Of a stretch of 64,000 nucleotides of DNA, positions 46,907 through 55,267 are shown piece by piece. This DNA is from a virus (lineage: Duplodnaviria > Caudoviricetes), in IMG/VR virus record IMGVR_UViG_3300032332_001510, positions 1 through 64,000 of that record, one strand, 5' to 3'. A program made the translations under genes and the position numbers. Under the pieces are notes generated by a model. The model had not been told where the DNA came from and did not search any database. It saw only the letters and a program-made list of their open reading frames with translations. How positions within the stretch are numbered: the stretch's first letter is position 1; each line of letters starts with the position of its first letter.

Positions 46907-46992
46907 GCACCAAGGTGGTGCATGGCCGCACCAAAGTGGTGCATGCCCCAACTTGGTGCGCCCCAAAATGGTGCATGCCCCAACTTGGTGCG
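46907..46992. repeat. GC-rich tandem repeat (2 x 32 bp plus a partial third copy)
   Basis: 46929-46960 and 46961-46992 differ at 2 positions; TGGTGCATG occurs three times. Confidence 0.9.
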
Positions 46993-47272
46993 CACCAGCG
47001 TGTTGCTCAGGGTTTACCCTATTAGGGAAAGTCCCTATGTTGTATTTTTGCCCGCACGCTTGACGCGGCCCCCAAAATTATGGTATAATTTTGGCGCCTG
47101 ATCGTTCTAAAATTTAGGATGACTCTAAGGGTTTACCCTAGTGTTGTATTTTCGCACCAGCCCTTGACACGCCGCCCATTATACTAGTATAATGGGCGCC
47201 ATTTTTCGTTTTATTTTTTATAATTATTTAATTAAAATAAAACCGGCAATTGCCGGTTTTATTAAACCTGGA

Positions 47273-47599
47273 TTAAATGGGTTTTGAATTTGCCAATGCG
47301 TCGAAAATTGCTTTTAGGGCAGATTTATTGCATTTGGTCAGGGATTCAATATCATTTTCTGGCAAACGCAGGATTGCGCCAATTGCATCAGCGTGCGCGT
47401 CTTTTTTAACGACCGGCTCGCCAGTTTTTGTTTTATAGGTTTTCTTTTCGTAAACCCCCTCGCGCGAGAGTTTAGCAACAATTGAGCGAACCGATTTGCC
47501 CATTTGAACGGCCAATTCTTCAACGGTAAAACCATTTTTGTAATCGGCAATCAGGTTAAGGGTTTGCTCAGGGGTATAGTTTACAGTCTTTTCAGCCAT
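47273..47599 (-). CDS. A2-like HTH DNA-binding protein (paralogue 3)
   Basis: Near-duplicate of 51794-52123. Confidence 0.8.
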   Translation of the reverse strand: MAEKTVNYTPEQTLNLIADYKNGFTVEELAVQMGKSVRSIVAKLSREGVYEKKTYKTKTGEPVVKKDAHADAIGAILRLPENDIESLTKCNKSALKAIFDALANSKPI

Positions 47600-47659
47600 T
47601 GCGTTTTCTCCAGTTAAGTTAATATTATACAGGGTTAGGATGGGTTAATCAAGTGCGAA

Positions 47660-48001
47660 TTATTCGTCGTCTAATTCGGCAAGGTAAATATTAGGCAAAT
47701 CAAATTTTTCGTCTAGTCTAATTGCCTGCAACACAAAATTAAACCCGTGAAATTCGCTGATATTATTTTCTTGTTGCCAAGCGTGAATCAATTCGTGCGC
47801 AATCAATTCGTCCAGCGTGCGCGGTGAATTAGCGTTTTGATTGCCCAGGAATACGGTAATTTTATGCGCTTTTAGATTACCTTTATTGGAAAATTTAGGA
47901 TAATAAACTGCGTCCATTGCTTTATGGGCTTTGGTTTTAAGTGTTAATTCTACGGGGCTTTTCAGCCCCAGGAATTCAATGTAATATGCTAAATTTTCCA
48001 T
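47660..48001 (-). CDS. SprT-like zinc metalloprotease domain protein
   Basis: AHELIHAWQ (HExxH) and downstream HG..F. Confidence 0.7.
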   Translation of the reverse strand: MENLAYYIEFLGLKSPVELTLKTKAHKAMDAVYYPKFSNKGNLKAHKITVFLGNQNANSPRTLDELIAHELIHAWQQENNISEFHGFNFVLQAIRLDEKFDLPNIYLAELDDE

Positions 48002-48002
48002 T

Positions 48003-48704
48003 TTAGATTGCCTTGTAAAAATCTTTGACTTGGAATTGCTTCCAGTTATGTGCAATGATATTGTCACGCCAATTGCGACGTTTTAGAATGTTTACCAGAA
48101 TTGGCAATTCAAAGTCTTGTGCATCCTCAAGCGCAGTATGTGGCTCTTCAACAAATTGACCATTCAAAAACGCAAAAACAGATTCGGCAGTAGTTTTAAT
48201 GGACATATTGCCATGCTTAGTCGGAGCATTGAATAGATGATTTTGCAATGCAAATTGACGATATGCTTTTTTGCAGATATTGCCAATAGCGGCTTGCCAA
48301 AGACAAAACGATTCTGCAAAACCCGACAAATCAATGCCGGTATTAGCACATTTTTGTTTATCAAAAGCCAGATTGTAAGCGGTTAATGTAGGATTGTATT
48401 TGCCAATGGCTTTTTGAATCCACGCATTGATTGCGGCAACAGAAGCCATTTGCCGCGAACCTGAATCAAGCATTGCAAAGTATTGAGTTTGCTTTTTGCT
48501 TGCGTATTCACGCGACCACATTTCCGAATTGGGTTTAGTTTTGTCATAGAATAGATCCATTGCATCAAAATGATTGCGAACCAATACCGCGCATTTTGCA
48601 TAGATGCGACCGTTACGATCGCAAATAACAATTGCAAAATCTGCAACGGTATCGTTGCAAGTGGTTTCAGTGTCGAGAATTGCGAAAAACTGCTTTTTAG
48701 CCAC
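48003..48704 (-). CDS. DEDDh 3'-5' exonuclease
   Basis: LDTETT, AYNLAFD, PHTALEDAQDFE motifs. Confidence 0.85.
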   Translation of the reverse strand: MAKKQFFAILDTETTCNDTVADFAIVICDRNGRIYAKCAVLVRNHFDAMDLFYDKTKPNSEMWSREYASKKQTQYFAMLDSGSRQMASVAAINAWIQKAIGKYNPTLTAYNLAFDKQKCANTGIDLSGFAESFCLWQAAIGNICKKAYRQFALQNHLFNAPTKHGNMSIKTTAESVFAFLNGQFVEEPHTALEDAQDFELPILVNILKRRNWRDNIIAHNWKQFQVKDFYKAI

Positions 48705-48965
48705 GATAGATAGGGGTTAGCCAGGGCACGTCGCCCAAGTCATAACTATACACGAATTTTTGGCTCATGCCAAGATTTGCAAAAATACAACATAGGGGTT
48801 TTCCCCTATTGACAAAAAAATTTTGCCGTGGTAAAATTTTGGCGCGTCAGCTGTTGTAAAAATACAACAGCACAAAAAATTTACGAAATTTTTCTTGACG
48901 CGGCCCAAAATTATATGTTATAATTTTGGCGCCATGTGTTGTAAAAATACAACACATTTCGTTAT

Positions 48966-49629
48966 TTAAGTTAAATACACCCGGAATTCAATGCCCATTG
49001 CAGAGCGAAAATGCAATTCGTCATATTCCTGGCTTAATTTCTTGCAATCTTTAATGCTAAAATAAGGGCCATCAATAATCTTAAAATCTAGCCCATTAAC
49101 CCAATCGTTCCAATTGGCCTTGCGGCCATAAGCACCACAACAATCTAAAATGTCATAATTCAAAAAATCCATGATCAATCCTAAAGTGTAAGTGAACCGT
49201 AGGGAATACCCAATTGGAATTCTAGGAAACCAATATCACCATCAGTACCCATTTCCTGGTCAATCCAATTAACAGCCTGATTCCAATCAAAACCATGCAT
49301 TTCTTGCAATTGCGTGATTCGAGCCTTTACATTCTCAAATTCGGCCAATTCCTCGCTCATGCGTTGTGCATTAGCACGATCGGCAATAATATACAATTGG
49401 TCAATTTCAGATTCAAATTGCTCAACTGTCCAGGTACTGGTATCAATACCACGCGGCCGCACATTGTGCGCATCCTTGTAAGCATCCCAGTAAACGCTAG
49501 CCAATTGTTCCAACTGGGTTAATTCATTCCATGCTTTCATTATACAGCCCCAATAAAGGTTAGGTAAGCAACAGCGCAAACGCTGGCAATCAGCGCATAA
49601 AAAACAATTTTGTCTGGATCATTAGTCAT
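48966..49629 (-). other. three small pre-early ORFs (48966-49178, 49181-49540, 49540-49629 single-TM)
   Basis: Coupled start/stop junctions downstream of the HAD gene. Confidence 0.6.
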
Positions 49630-49630
49630 T

Positions 49631-50110
49631 TTAGTGTCCTTGTTTGCTTGGAATATATTCACCGCGAATATTGAAATAATCGCATACCGCTTTAAGATAT
49701 TGCACGTTATCCTCATAGAAAACAACGTCATCCATCATTGCCAAGTTAATATTAGCAGTTTGAAAGCATTTAATCAAACCGTTAATTTTTAGCGTTGAGC
49801 CAGATTGAAAATCGTCGCTAGTACGCGAGATAACATAATCAGGAACCCCTAGTACGTCACGCATAAATTGCCAATCTGGATCATTCATTACACGCGCAGT
49901 AGCGATAATCGTGTAACATTCAGCGTCCATGCAATCGCGTTTATATTTATCAGCCAATGGCAATAAGCCATCCAGCATTGCCAAGTGCTGATTATCTCGC
50001 CAAAAGCCAATATCAATGCGCTCACCTGCGTCGGTGAGAACAGTGCGATAACGGTGGCTTGAATCCACGATAGTGCCGTCCATGTCATAAATTGCTACTC
50101 GCTTAATCAT
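49631..50110 (-). CDS. HAD-family phosphatase (possible dmp-like nucleotidase)
   Basis: YDMDGT motif I, TAR motif II, YEDN motif IV. Confidence 0.8.
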   Translation of the reverse strand: MIKRVAIYDMDGTIVDSSHRYRTVLTDAGERIDIGFWRDNQHLAMLDGLLPLADKYKRDCMDAECYTIIATARVMNDPDWQFMRDVLGVPDYVISRTSDDFQSGSTLKINGLIKCFQTANINLAMMDDVVFYEDNVQYLKAVCDYFNIRGEYIPSKQGH

Positions 50111-50279
50111 TTTGTTTGCCTGCGTTGTGTCCATGTAGAGAATTATACACGAAAAATCGGGTTGTGCCAGGAAGTGCAAAAATACAACAGTAGGGGAAAC
50201 CCCTATTGACACGCCCCAAAATTATGTGGTATAATTTTGGCGCCGCAGGTGTTGTAAAAATACAACACCTGCCCGTTAT

Positions 50280-50974
50280 TTATTCAATAACGAATTCCAA
50301 TTTACGTTTTACGGTAATTGGATCTACCTCAAACCATTCTAAATCATCAAAATCATCATCGGTCAATTCAAAACCAAATTGCAAGTCTTGCCAGACTTCC
50401 TCAATTGAATTACCCATTGAGGTGATAGTATCGTCATTAATGCTTTTAGCCATAAACATAATCATTCTCCTTTACCAAAAAATTGTGCAACGTCAACCAA
50501 GTGTTTAGCAGTACGCTCAATGCGTTTTACTAGTGCCTCATAATCCAATTCCATCATCTCATGCATTTTAACAGATTCCACAAAATAAATCAATTCGTCA
50601 CGCTTTAACTGCGACGTTTCGAATTTAGCGGCTTCCTCAATCAATTTGAATTTATTCACCTTCAAACCCCCAACCATTAAACAGTTTAGCCAATTTGCTA
50701 TGCTTTTTATTAGGAATAACCTTAGGCTTAAATGGGCTATTCACAAACAGTGGTTTATGCGCCCTAGCATCGGGCTTGCTGGCTTTTTGCATTGCCAATA
50801 CCAAGTGCAGTTTAGTTTTCATAATTGTGCCTCAACCCACAATTGCTGTTTCAGTTTATTATTCAAGTTATTAAATACCTTGAAAAAACTATTGCAAACC
50901 AAATCCTTTGGCTGAGTTTGCAATTGTTTTTTCAAGAGGCTAATAACGGCTAGTTGTGCGCGAGTAGTTTTCAT
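50280..50974 (-). other. four small pre-early ORFs (50280-50465, 50462-50659, 50652-50822, 50819-50974)
   Basis: Overlapping stop/start junctions; the last two were translated by hand; promoter TTGCAT-17-TATAAT at about 51005-51033. Confidence 0.6.
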
Positions 50975-51200
50975 CTGTTTGCTCTGCGTTGCGTCCATGT
51001 AGAGAATTATACACGCTTCAACAGACTATGCAAGCGACCAGGGTGCGACATATTGACGCAGGGATTTTAGTATGATTATAGATCCTAGTAGGGTAACCCC
51101 TAGTGTTGTATTTTTGCACGCGGCCTTGACACGGCCCCAAATTATATGCTATAATTTGGCGCCAGCGGTGTTGTTTTTTTTTTTGCAACACCTGATCGTT

Positions 51201-51407
51201 TTAAATTACATAATTAACAATGCCTATGCAATTGGCAATTAAGAATGCGCCATTTAATGTACCCAATGCTTTATCCCTACGCATTAGTGCAATTGTCAGC
51301 CAGGATATTGATCCGGTAATAAAGCAGATATATCCCCAATCCATTATGCCCATTGCAACCAGAAAAGATCCCGCTATGCTGGTGATAGTGCCAATCCATG
51401 CTAACAT
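51201..51407 (-). CDS. small 3-TM membrane protein
   Basis: 68 aa, almost fully hydrophobic. Confidence 0.7.
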   Translation of the reverse strand: MLAWIGTITSIAGSFLVAMGIMDWGYICFITGSISWLTIALMRRDKALGTLNGAFLIANCIGIVNYVI

Positions 51408-51769
51408 TATAATTCCATGTCGTGATAAGTATTAGGGGTCGCGCCATAGTTTAGCATAATATCTTGCCAAGATTTACCATGCCAACGATTACCTGCTGGT
51501 GTGCCATTAAGATTATAGTCAACCTGATGCGCTATTTCATGGACCATGATCTCAGCCAACATTCTATCATAATTGCGATTAAAAAATTTAGTACCAAGAT
51601 CTATTACGTTAGCTTCCATAAAGCAACGGCCCGCGGTCTTGGTCAGTCTGTTATTAAGTTTAATAACGGGCATTGGAAATAGTGTAAGCCTAGTGTAGAT
51701 GTTAGTATAACGAACCCATATCTTAGCCGCTTCAGCCTGAATCGTGGCATTTAATGTGTTGGCATTCAT
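51407..51769 (-). CDS. SprT-like zinc metalloprotease
   Basis: N.RLTKTAG.C, VHEIAHQV, HGKSWQ.IM...G motifs. Confidence 0.85.
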   Translation of the reverse strand: MNANTLNATIQAEAAKIWVRYTNIYTRLTLFPMPVIKLNNRLTKTAGRCFMEANVIDLGTKFFNRNYDRMLAEIMVHEIAHQVDYNLNGTPAGNRWHGKSWQDIMLNYGATPNTYHDMEL

Positions 51770-51793
51770 GGGTTCGTTATCCTACAAAATCAA

Positions 51794-52123
51794 TTACAGA
51801 GGTTTGCTATTAGCCAATGCTTCAAAGATCGCTTTTAATGCGCTCTTATTAGCCTTAGTTAGCGATTCTACGTCATTCTCAGGCAAGCGAAGGATCGCGC
51901 CAATTGCATCAGCGTGTGCATCCTTTTTAACAACGGGTTCTCCCGTTTTGGTTTTGTATTCTTTTTTCTGGTATACGCCCTCGCGGGAAAGTTTTGCAAC
52001 AATGCTACGAACGGATTTACCCATTGCCATAGCCAATGCTTCAACGCTAACACCAGACTGGTAGTCAGCGACCAGAGTCAGGGTTTGCTCTGGGGTATAG
52101 TTTACCATTTTTTCTGAGGCCAT
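51794..52123 (-). CDS. A2-like HTH DNA-binding protein (paralogue 4)
   Basis: SVRSIVAKLSREGVYQKK...KKDAHADAIG...DVESLTKANKSAL, matching the T5 A2 pattern. Confidence 0.8.
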   Translation of the reverse strand: MASEKMVNYTPEQTLTLVADYQSGVSVEALAMAMGKSVRSIVAKLSREGVYQKKEYKTKTGEPVVKKDAHADAIGAILRLPENDVESLTKANKSALKAIFEALANSKPL

Positions 52124-52463
52124 TTTGCGTACTCCTTAGTGCGCTGTTTCGATGTAGTAATTATAGGCTAGTCAGCCGCACAATGCAAGCCCAAAATCAC
52201 AAGCTCGTTAGACTATTTTGTTATAGACACAGACTGACTTATAACAAATGAGCATGAGCGACTTACTTGCGCGGGCCTAGAATTTTGTGGTATAATATCC
52301 TGCGCGGATTCCGTTCTCTTGCCGCAAATTATTATAATTTGTGATATAGTTATAGGCTATGATATGAATAGGGCGGTTATTAGACATTATATTTTGTATA
52401 ACGATATTGGCCCACCCACACGGCCAACTTTAAGAAAATCTCCACAAAACTTTCGGTGCCAAA

Positions 52464-52601
52464 CTACATCATAAGTATGCGCATTATACCTAAAAACGCC
52501 AACCATAACATAAATCCGTATACTAATACCGCTAACAACCAACCTTTTATAATTACTATTAATATTAAAATAGCTAATACTAAACCAATTAAAATTTGCA
52601 T
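52464..52601 (-). CDS. 45-aa fully hydrophobic membrane peptide (not in ORF track)
   Basis: MQILIGLVLAILILIVIIKGWLLAVLVYGFMLWLAFLGIMRILMM*. Confidence 0.6.
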   Translation of the reverse strand: MQILIGLVLAILILIVIIKGWLLAVLVYGFMLWLAFLGIMRILMM

Positions 52602-52605
52602 ATAA

Positions 52606-52755
52606 TTACCAATGATGTATTACACCCAGCACAATTACTAAATTTGTCAACAAATAGCTTAACACTATAAGGGTTCTAATCCAACAAACTACGTCAGCCT
52701 CACTATCAGTCAAACCATACTTGTCGCCTAATGCCTTTGCCCACAGTCTCCACAC
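52606..52755 (-). CDS. 49-aa membrane protein of a common aquatic-phage family (not in ORF track)
   Basis: MWRLWAKALGDKYGLTDSEADVVCWIRTLIVLSYLLTNLVIVLGVIHHW*; GGAG RBS; promoter TTGAAT-17-TATAAT (52804-52776). Confidence 0.75.
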   Translation of the reverse strand: MWRLWAKALGDKYGLTDSEADVVCWIRTLIVLSYLLTNLVIVLGVIHHW

Positions 52756-52839
52756 TATATTCTCCCAAAAACAATATTATATCACTAAAACTAAACAAAT
52801 TCAAGAAAATTTTTTCAAACACCACAAAATATTCGTAAC

Positions 52840-52868
52840 TTGACACTGCTGCCCTAAAGTGTTATACT
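52840..52868 (+). promoter_or_regulatory. sigma70-type promoter for the plcP/agt/terminase operon
   Basis: TTGACA-17-TATACT. Confidence 0.8.
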
Positions 52869-52890
52869 CTAGTAAACTGGAGGGGTAACC

Positions 52891-53043
52891 ATGGAAATTA
52901 TCGAACTAATGCTAAAAGCTTGGCCAGTATTTGTGGCCTTTATTATGATTGTGGTCCTTTTCGCCAAAGCAGACATGCGCCTAGGCGTGTTGGAAGACAA
53001 AGTAAAAACCCTATTCGACCTGTACAATAAGTCTGGCAAATAA
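52891..53043 (+). CDS. 50-aa TM plus coiled-coil protein (not in ORF track)
   Basis: MEIIELMLKAWPVFVAFIMIVVLFAKADMRLGVLEDKVKTLFDLYNKSGK*; GGAGGGG RBS. Confidence 0.75.
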   Translation: MEIIELMLKAWPVFVAFIMIVVLFAKADMRLGVLEDKVKTLFDLYNKSGK

Positions 53044-53045
53044 CT

Positions 53046-53834
53046 GTGGCACACTACCGCGCCATTTTTATCAGTGACGTGCACTTAGGTACCAAAGCTA
53101 GTAAAGCTGAGTATTTGAGTAGTTTCCTAAAAACCAATACCTGCGATGAACTTTACTTGGTAGGCGATATTATCGATGGTTGGAAGGTCAAGCAAAATAA
53201 GTTACGCTGGACTAATCAACACACCAATGTAGTCAGACACGTTTTAGCCAAAGCCAATCGTGAAAAGACCCGAGTAGTCTATGTAGCCGGTAATCACGAC
53301 GAGTTTCTTAGACCACTAATCACCTATGGATTACAATTTGGTCGTATAGAGGTGGTAAACCAGTGTGAATACGTAGACTTTAATGGTCGCCGCTGGTTAG
53401 TAACTCACGGCGATATGTTTGACGGCATTACACGCCTAGCACCTTGGTTAGCTTGGTTAGGTGACAGTGCTTATGACTTCGTACTAGGTTTAAACACACA
53501 CTTTAATCAGTGGCGGCATCGTTTAGGCTTTGGCTACTGGAGTCTATCACAGTGGCTAAAGTCTCGAGTAAAGCGCGCAGTAGATTTTATCTTTAAGTTC
53601 GAGCAAACTATTACCCAGTATGCACACAAGCGCAAGTTTTTTGGTGTAATCTGTGGTCATATTCATCAGGCTGAAATTAAACTGGTCGGTGATATTGGCT
53701 ATATGAATAGTGGCGATTGGGTTGAAAGCTGCACTGCACTGGTAGAGCATGAAAATGGTGTGTGGGAAATAATTACTTGGAGGCCTAAAGATGTGGTTAC
53801 TAATCATCTTAGCAGTACATCAGATGGACCCTAA
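53046..53834 (+). CDS. PlcP-like phospholipase C / LpxH-family metallophosphoesterase
   Basis: ISDVHLG, VGDIIDGW, GNHDE, HGDMFD, YWSLS, CGHIH, NSGDWVESCTALVE. Confidence 0.88.
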   Translation: MAHYRAIFISDVHLGTKASKAEYLSSFLKTNTCDELYLVGDIIDGWKVKQNKLRWTNQHTNVVRHVLAKANREKTRVVYVAGNHDEFLRPLITYGLQFGRIEVVNQCEYVDFNGRRWLVTHGDMFDGITRLAPWLAWLGDSAYDFVLGLNTHFNQWRHRLGFGYWSLSQWLKSRVKRAVDFIFKFEQTITQYAHKRKFFGVICGHIHQAEIKLVGDIGYMNSGDWVESCTALVEHENGVWEIITWRPKDVVTNHLSSTSDGP

Positions 53835-53964
53835 GGACGTGCCAGGCCGGGTAACCTTAGAATTCCGTACAGAACAGGAATGCTTGGCTGCACAACATAG
53901 CCTACAGTACCAGCTTAAGTTTCCACAATTTAGGGTTATAGCACAATGTCAAAAACAATATTAA
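53791..53964 (+). CDS. 57-aa exported peptide with two Cys (not in ORF track)
   Basis: MWLLIILAVHQMDPKDVPGRVTLEFRTEQECLAAQHSLQYQLKFPQFRVIAQCQKQY*; GGAGG RBS at 7 nt spacing. Confidence 0.7.
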   Translation: MWLLIILAVHQMDPKDVPGRVTLEFRTEQECLAAQHSLQYQLKFPQFRVIAQCQKQY

Positions 53965-54947
53965 TAGTAACTGATAATGAGCCCCAGCAAATTAACGGCG
54001 TGGTTACAACGTTCCACAACCTGGAACGTTGGGCAGATCGCCATGGCTACGAGTTTGTATATTGTGATCCCCGGCAGTTCCCTAATTGTGGCGCTCCTGG
54101 CTATGGCGATATTAGGCTATCGTGGCCTAGTAAAATTGGCCAAATACTTGAGGGGATAAACCCTGATTACGTACATATTGCGACGGAGGGGCCGCTGGGG
54201 CTAGCAGCCCGTTGCTGGATGGATCGGCATGGTTGGCGATATAATACCAGCTATCATACTAAAATACCAGAAGCCTTAAAACGCTACTATGGCATACCAG
54301 AATCTTGGACTTATCGTTACCTGCGCTGGTTTCACAAGCACAGTGGCAAGGTTTTAGCTACTACGGTCAGCATGGTAGACGAGCTTAAGCAACAGGGCTT
54401 TTCCGGAACTATTGTGCCCTGGACGCGTGGCGTAGATCGCCAGCAGTTTTATCCGCTGGAGCATGGGCGTAAAACACCATATCCAACACTCTTATGGGTT
54501 GGCAGAGTTGCCCCCGAAAAGTCTTGCGAAGACTTTTGCCAGCTAGACTACTTGGGTGCTAAAAAGATTGTGGTTGGTGATGGGCCACAACTAAAGTATT
54601 TAGCGGCAAAATATCCTGAAGTCCAATTTGTGGGTATGCAAACCGGCGATGCACTAGCCAGCTACTATCAACAAGCAGATTGCTTGGTTTTTACCAGTCG
54701 CTGGGATACTTTTGGTATAGTAATGTTAGAGGCCATGGCGTGTGGTACACCTGTGGCAGCTTACCCAGTTTGTGGTCCCAAAGACGTTATTGAACTAGAC
54801 AGAACTGGCTATACTAGTCCAGATCTTAAATTAGCCGTGGCACGTGCACTGGCAATTCCCCGTCACGTAGTAGTCGTAGCCAGCTATCGTTGGTCGTGGG
54901 AAAAATGCTGGCAGATATTTGAATATAATCTAGTAAGGAGACTGTAA
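53946..54947 (+). CDS. GT4 glycosyltransferase, Agt/MgdA-like glycolipid synthase
   Basis: ILIVTD..QINGVV.T, HIATEGPLG, SYHTK.PE, WTRGVD, GRVAPEK, DTFGIVMLEAMACGTPVAAYPV. Confidence 0.88.
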   Translation: MSKTILIVTDNEPQQINGVVTTFHNLERWADRHGYEFVYCDPRQFPNCGAPGYGDIRLSWPSKIGQILEGINPDYVHIATEGPLGLAARCWMDRHGWRYNTSYHTKIPEALKRYYGIPESWTYRYLRWFHKHSGKVLATTVSMVDELKQQGFSGTIVPWTRGVDRQQFYPLEHGRKTPYPTLLWVGRVAPEKSCEDFCQLDYLGAKKIVVGDGPQLKYLAAKYPEVQFVGMQTGDALASYYQQADCLVFTSRWDTFGIVMLEAMACGTPVAAYPVCGPKDVIELDRTGYTSPDLKLAVARALAIPRHVVVVASYRWSWEKCWQIFEYNLVRRL

Positions 54948-55267
54948 TGAGTGATGAAAAACTGCAAGAAGCACATGCCAAAGGTCAGCTAATTGAAAAG
55001 ATTAGCTTTGCACTGCTACCACTGTTATTTACCTGCGTAGTCTACTTAATGACTGCACTGCAAAACCTACAACACGACGTTACCATCTTAAACGGTAAAA
55101 TTAGCTTAGTGGTAACCAGCGATAATAAGCAGGCTACTAATACTGGTGCTGAATTAGCACGTGAAAAACTGCGCCAAGATTTAGAAAAAGAAATCCAGGC
55201 AAATCGTGACTTTATCCACTTAAATCGTGAACGTATTGTTATCCTAGAAGAAAAGACAAGAAAATGA
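54947..55267 (+). CDS. TM plus coiled-coil hypothetical protein
   Basis: One TM helix then a heptad-rich tail. Confidence 0.65.
   Translation: MSDEKLQEAHAKGQLIEKISFALLPLLFTCVVYLMTALQNLQHDVTILNGKISLVVTSDNKQATNTGAELAREKLRQDLEKEIQANRDFIHLNRERIVILEEKTRK

Larger units (their letters stand above)
47005..51192. repeat. family of dispersed composite intergenic elements (about 47005-47100, 47125-47200, 48779-48870, 48890-48956, 50177-50271, 51086-51192)
   Basis: Shared AAAAATACAACA 12-mer, TAGGG(G)-N3/4-CCC(C)TA hairpin, TTGAC-18-TATAAT, CCAAAATTAT..ATAATTTTGG palindrome, GGCGCC. Confidence 0.9.

Noticed and set aside
46229-51015. TTATACAC motifs resembling DnaA boxes
   Set aside because: They are the reverse complement of the TGTATAAT -10 elements of leftward promoters
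51174-51184. 11-T homopolymer as a phase-variation site
   Set aside because: It is the loop of a hairpin whose sister copies have AAAAAT loops; it is non-coding and its length is prone to sequencing error
46900-51200. Repeats as a possible CRISPR mini-array
   Set aside because: Repeat units are composite, unevenly spaced (tens to over 1000 bp) and separated by genes rather than 30-40 nt spacers; no cas genes
47200-52200. Possible restriction-site avoidance (CTAG) in first-transferred DNA
   Set aside because: My rough hand count still finds about a dozen CTAG sites here; density looks lower than in a sampled early-gene stretch but needs a proper k-mer test
52820-52890. Pho box upstream of plcP/agt or phoH
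   Set aside because: No CTGTCAT direct repeats recognisable in either upstream region
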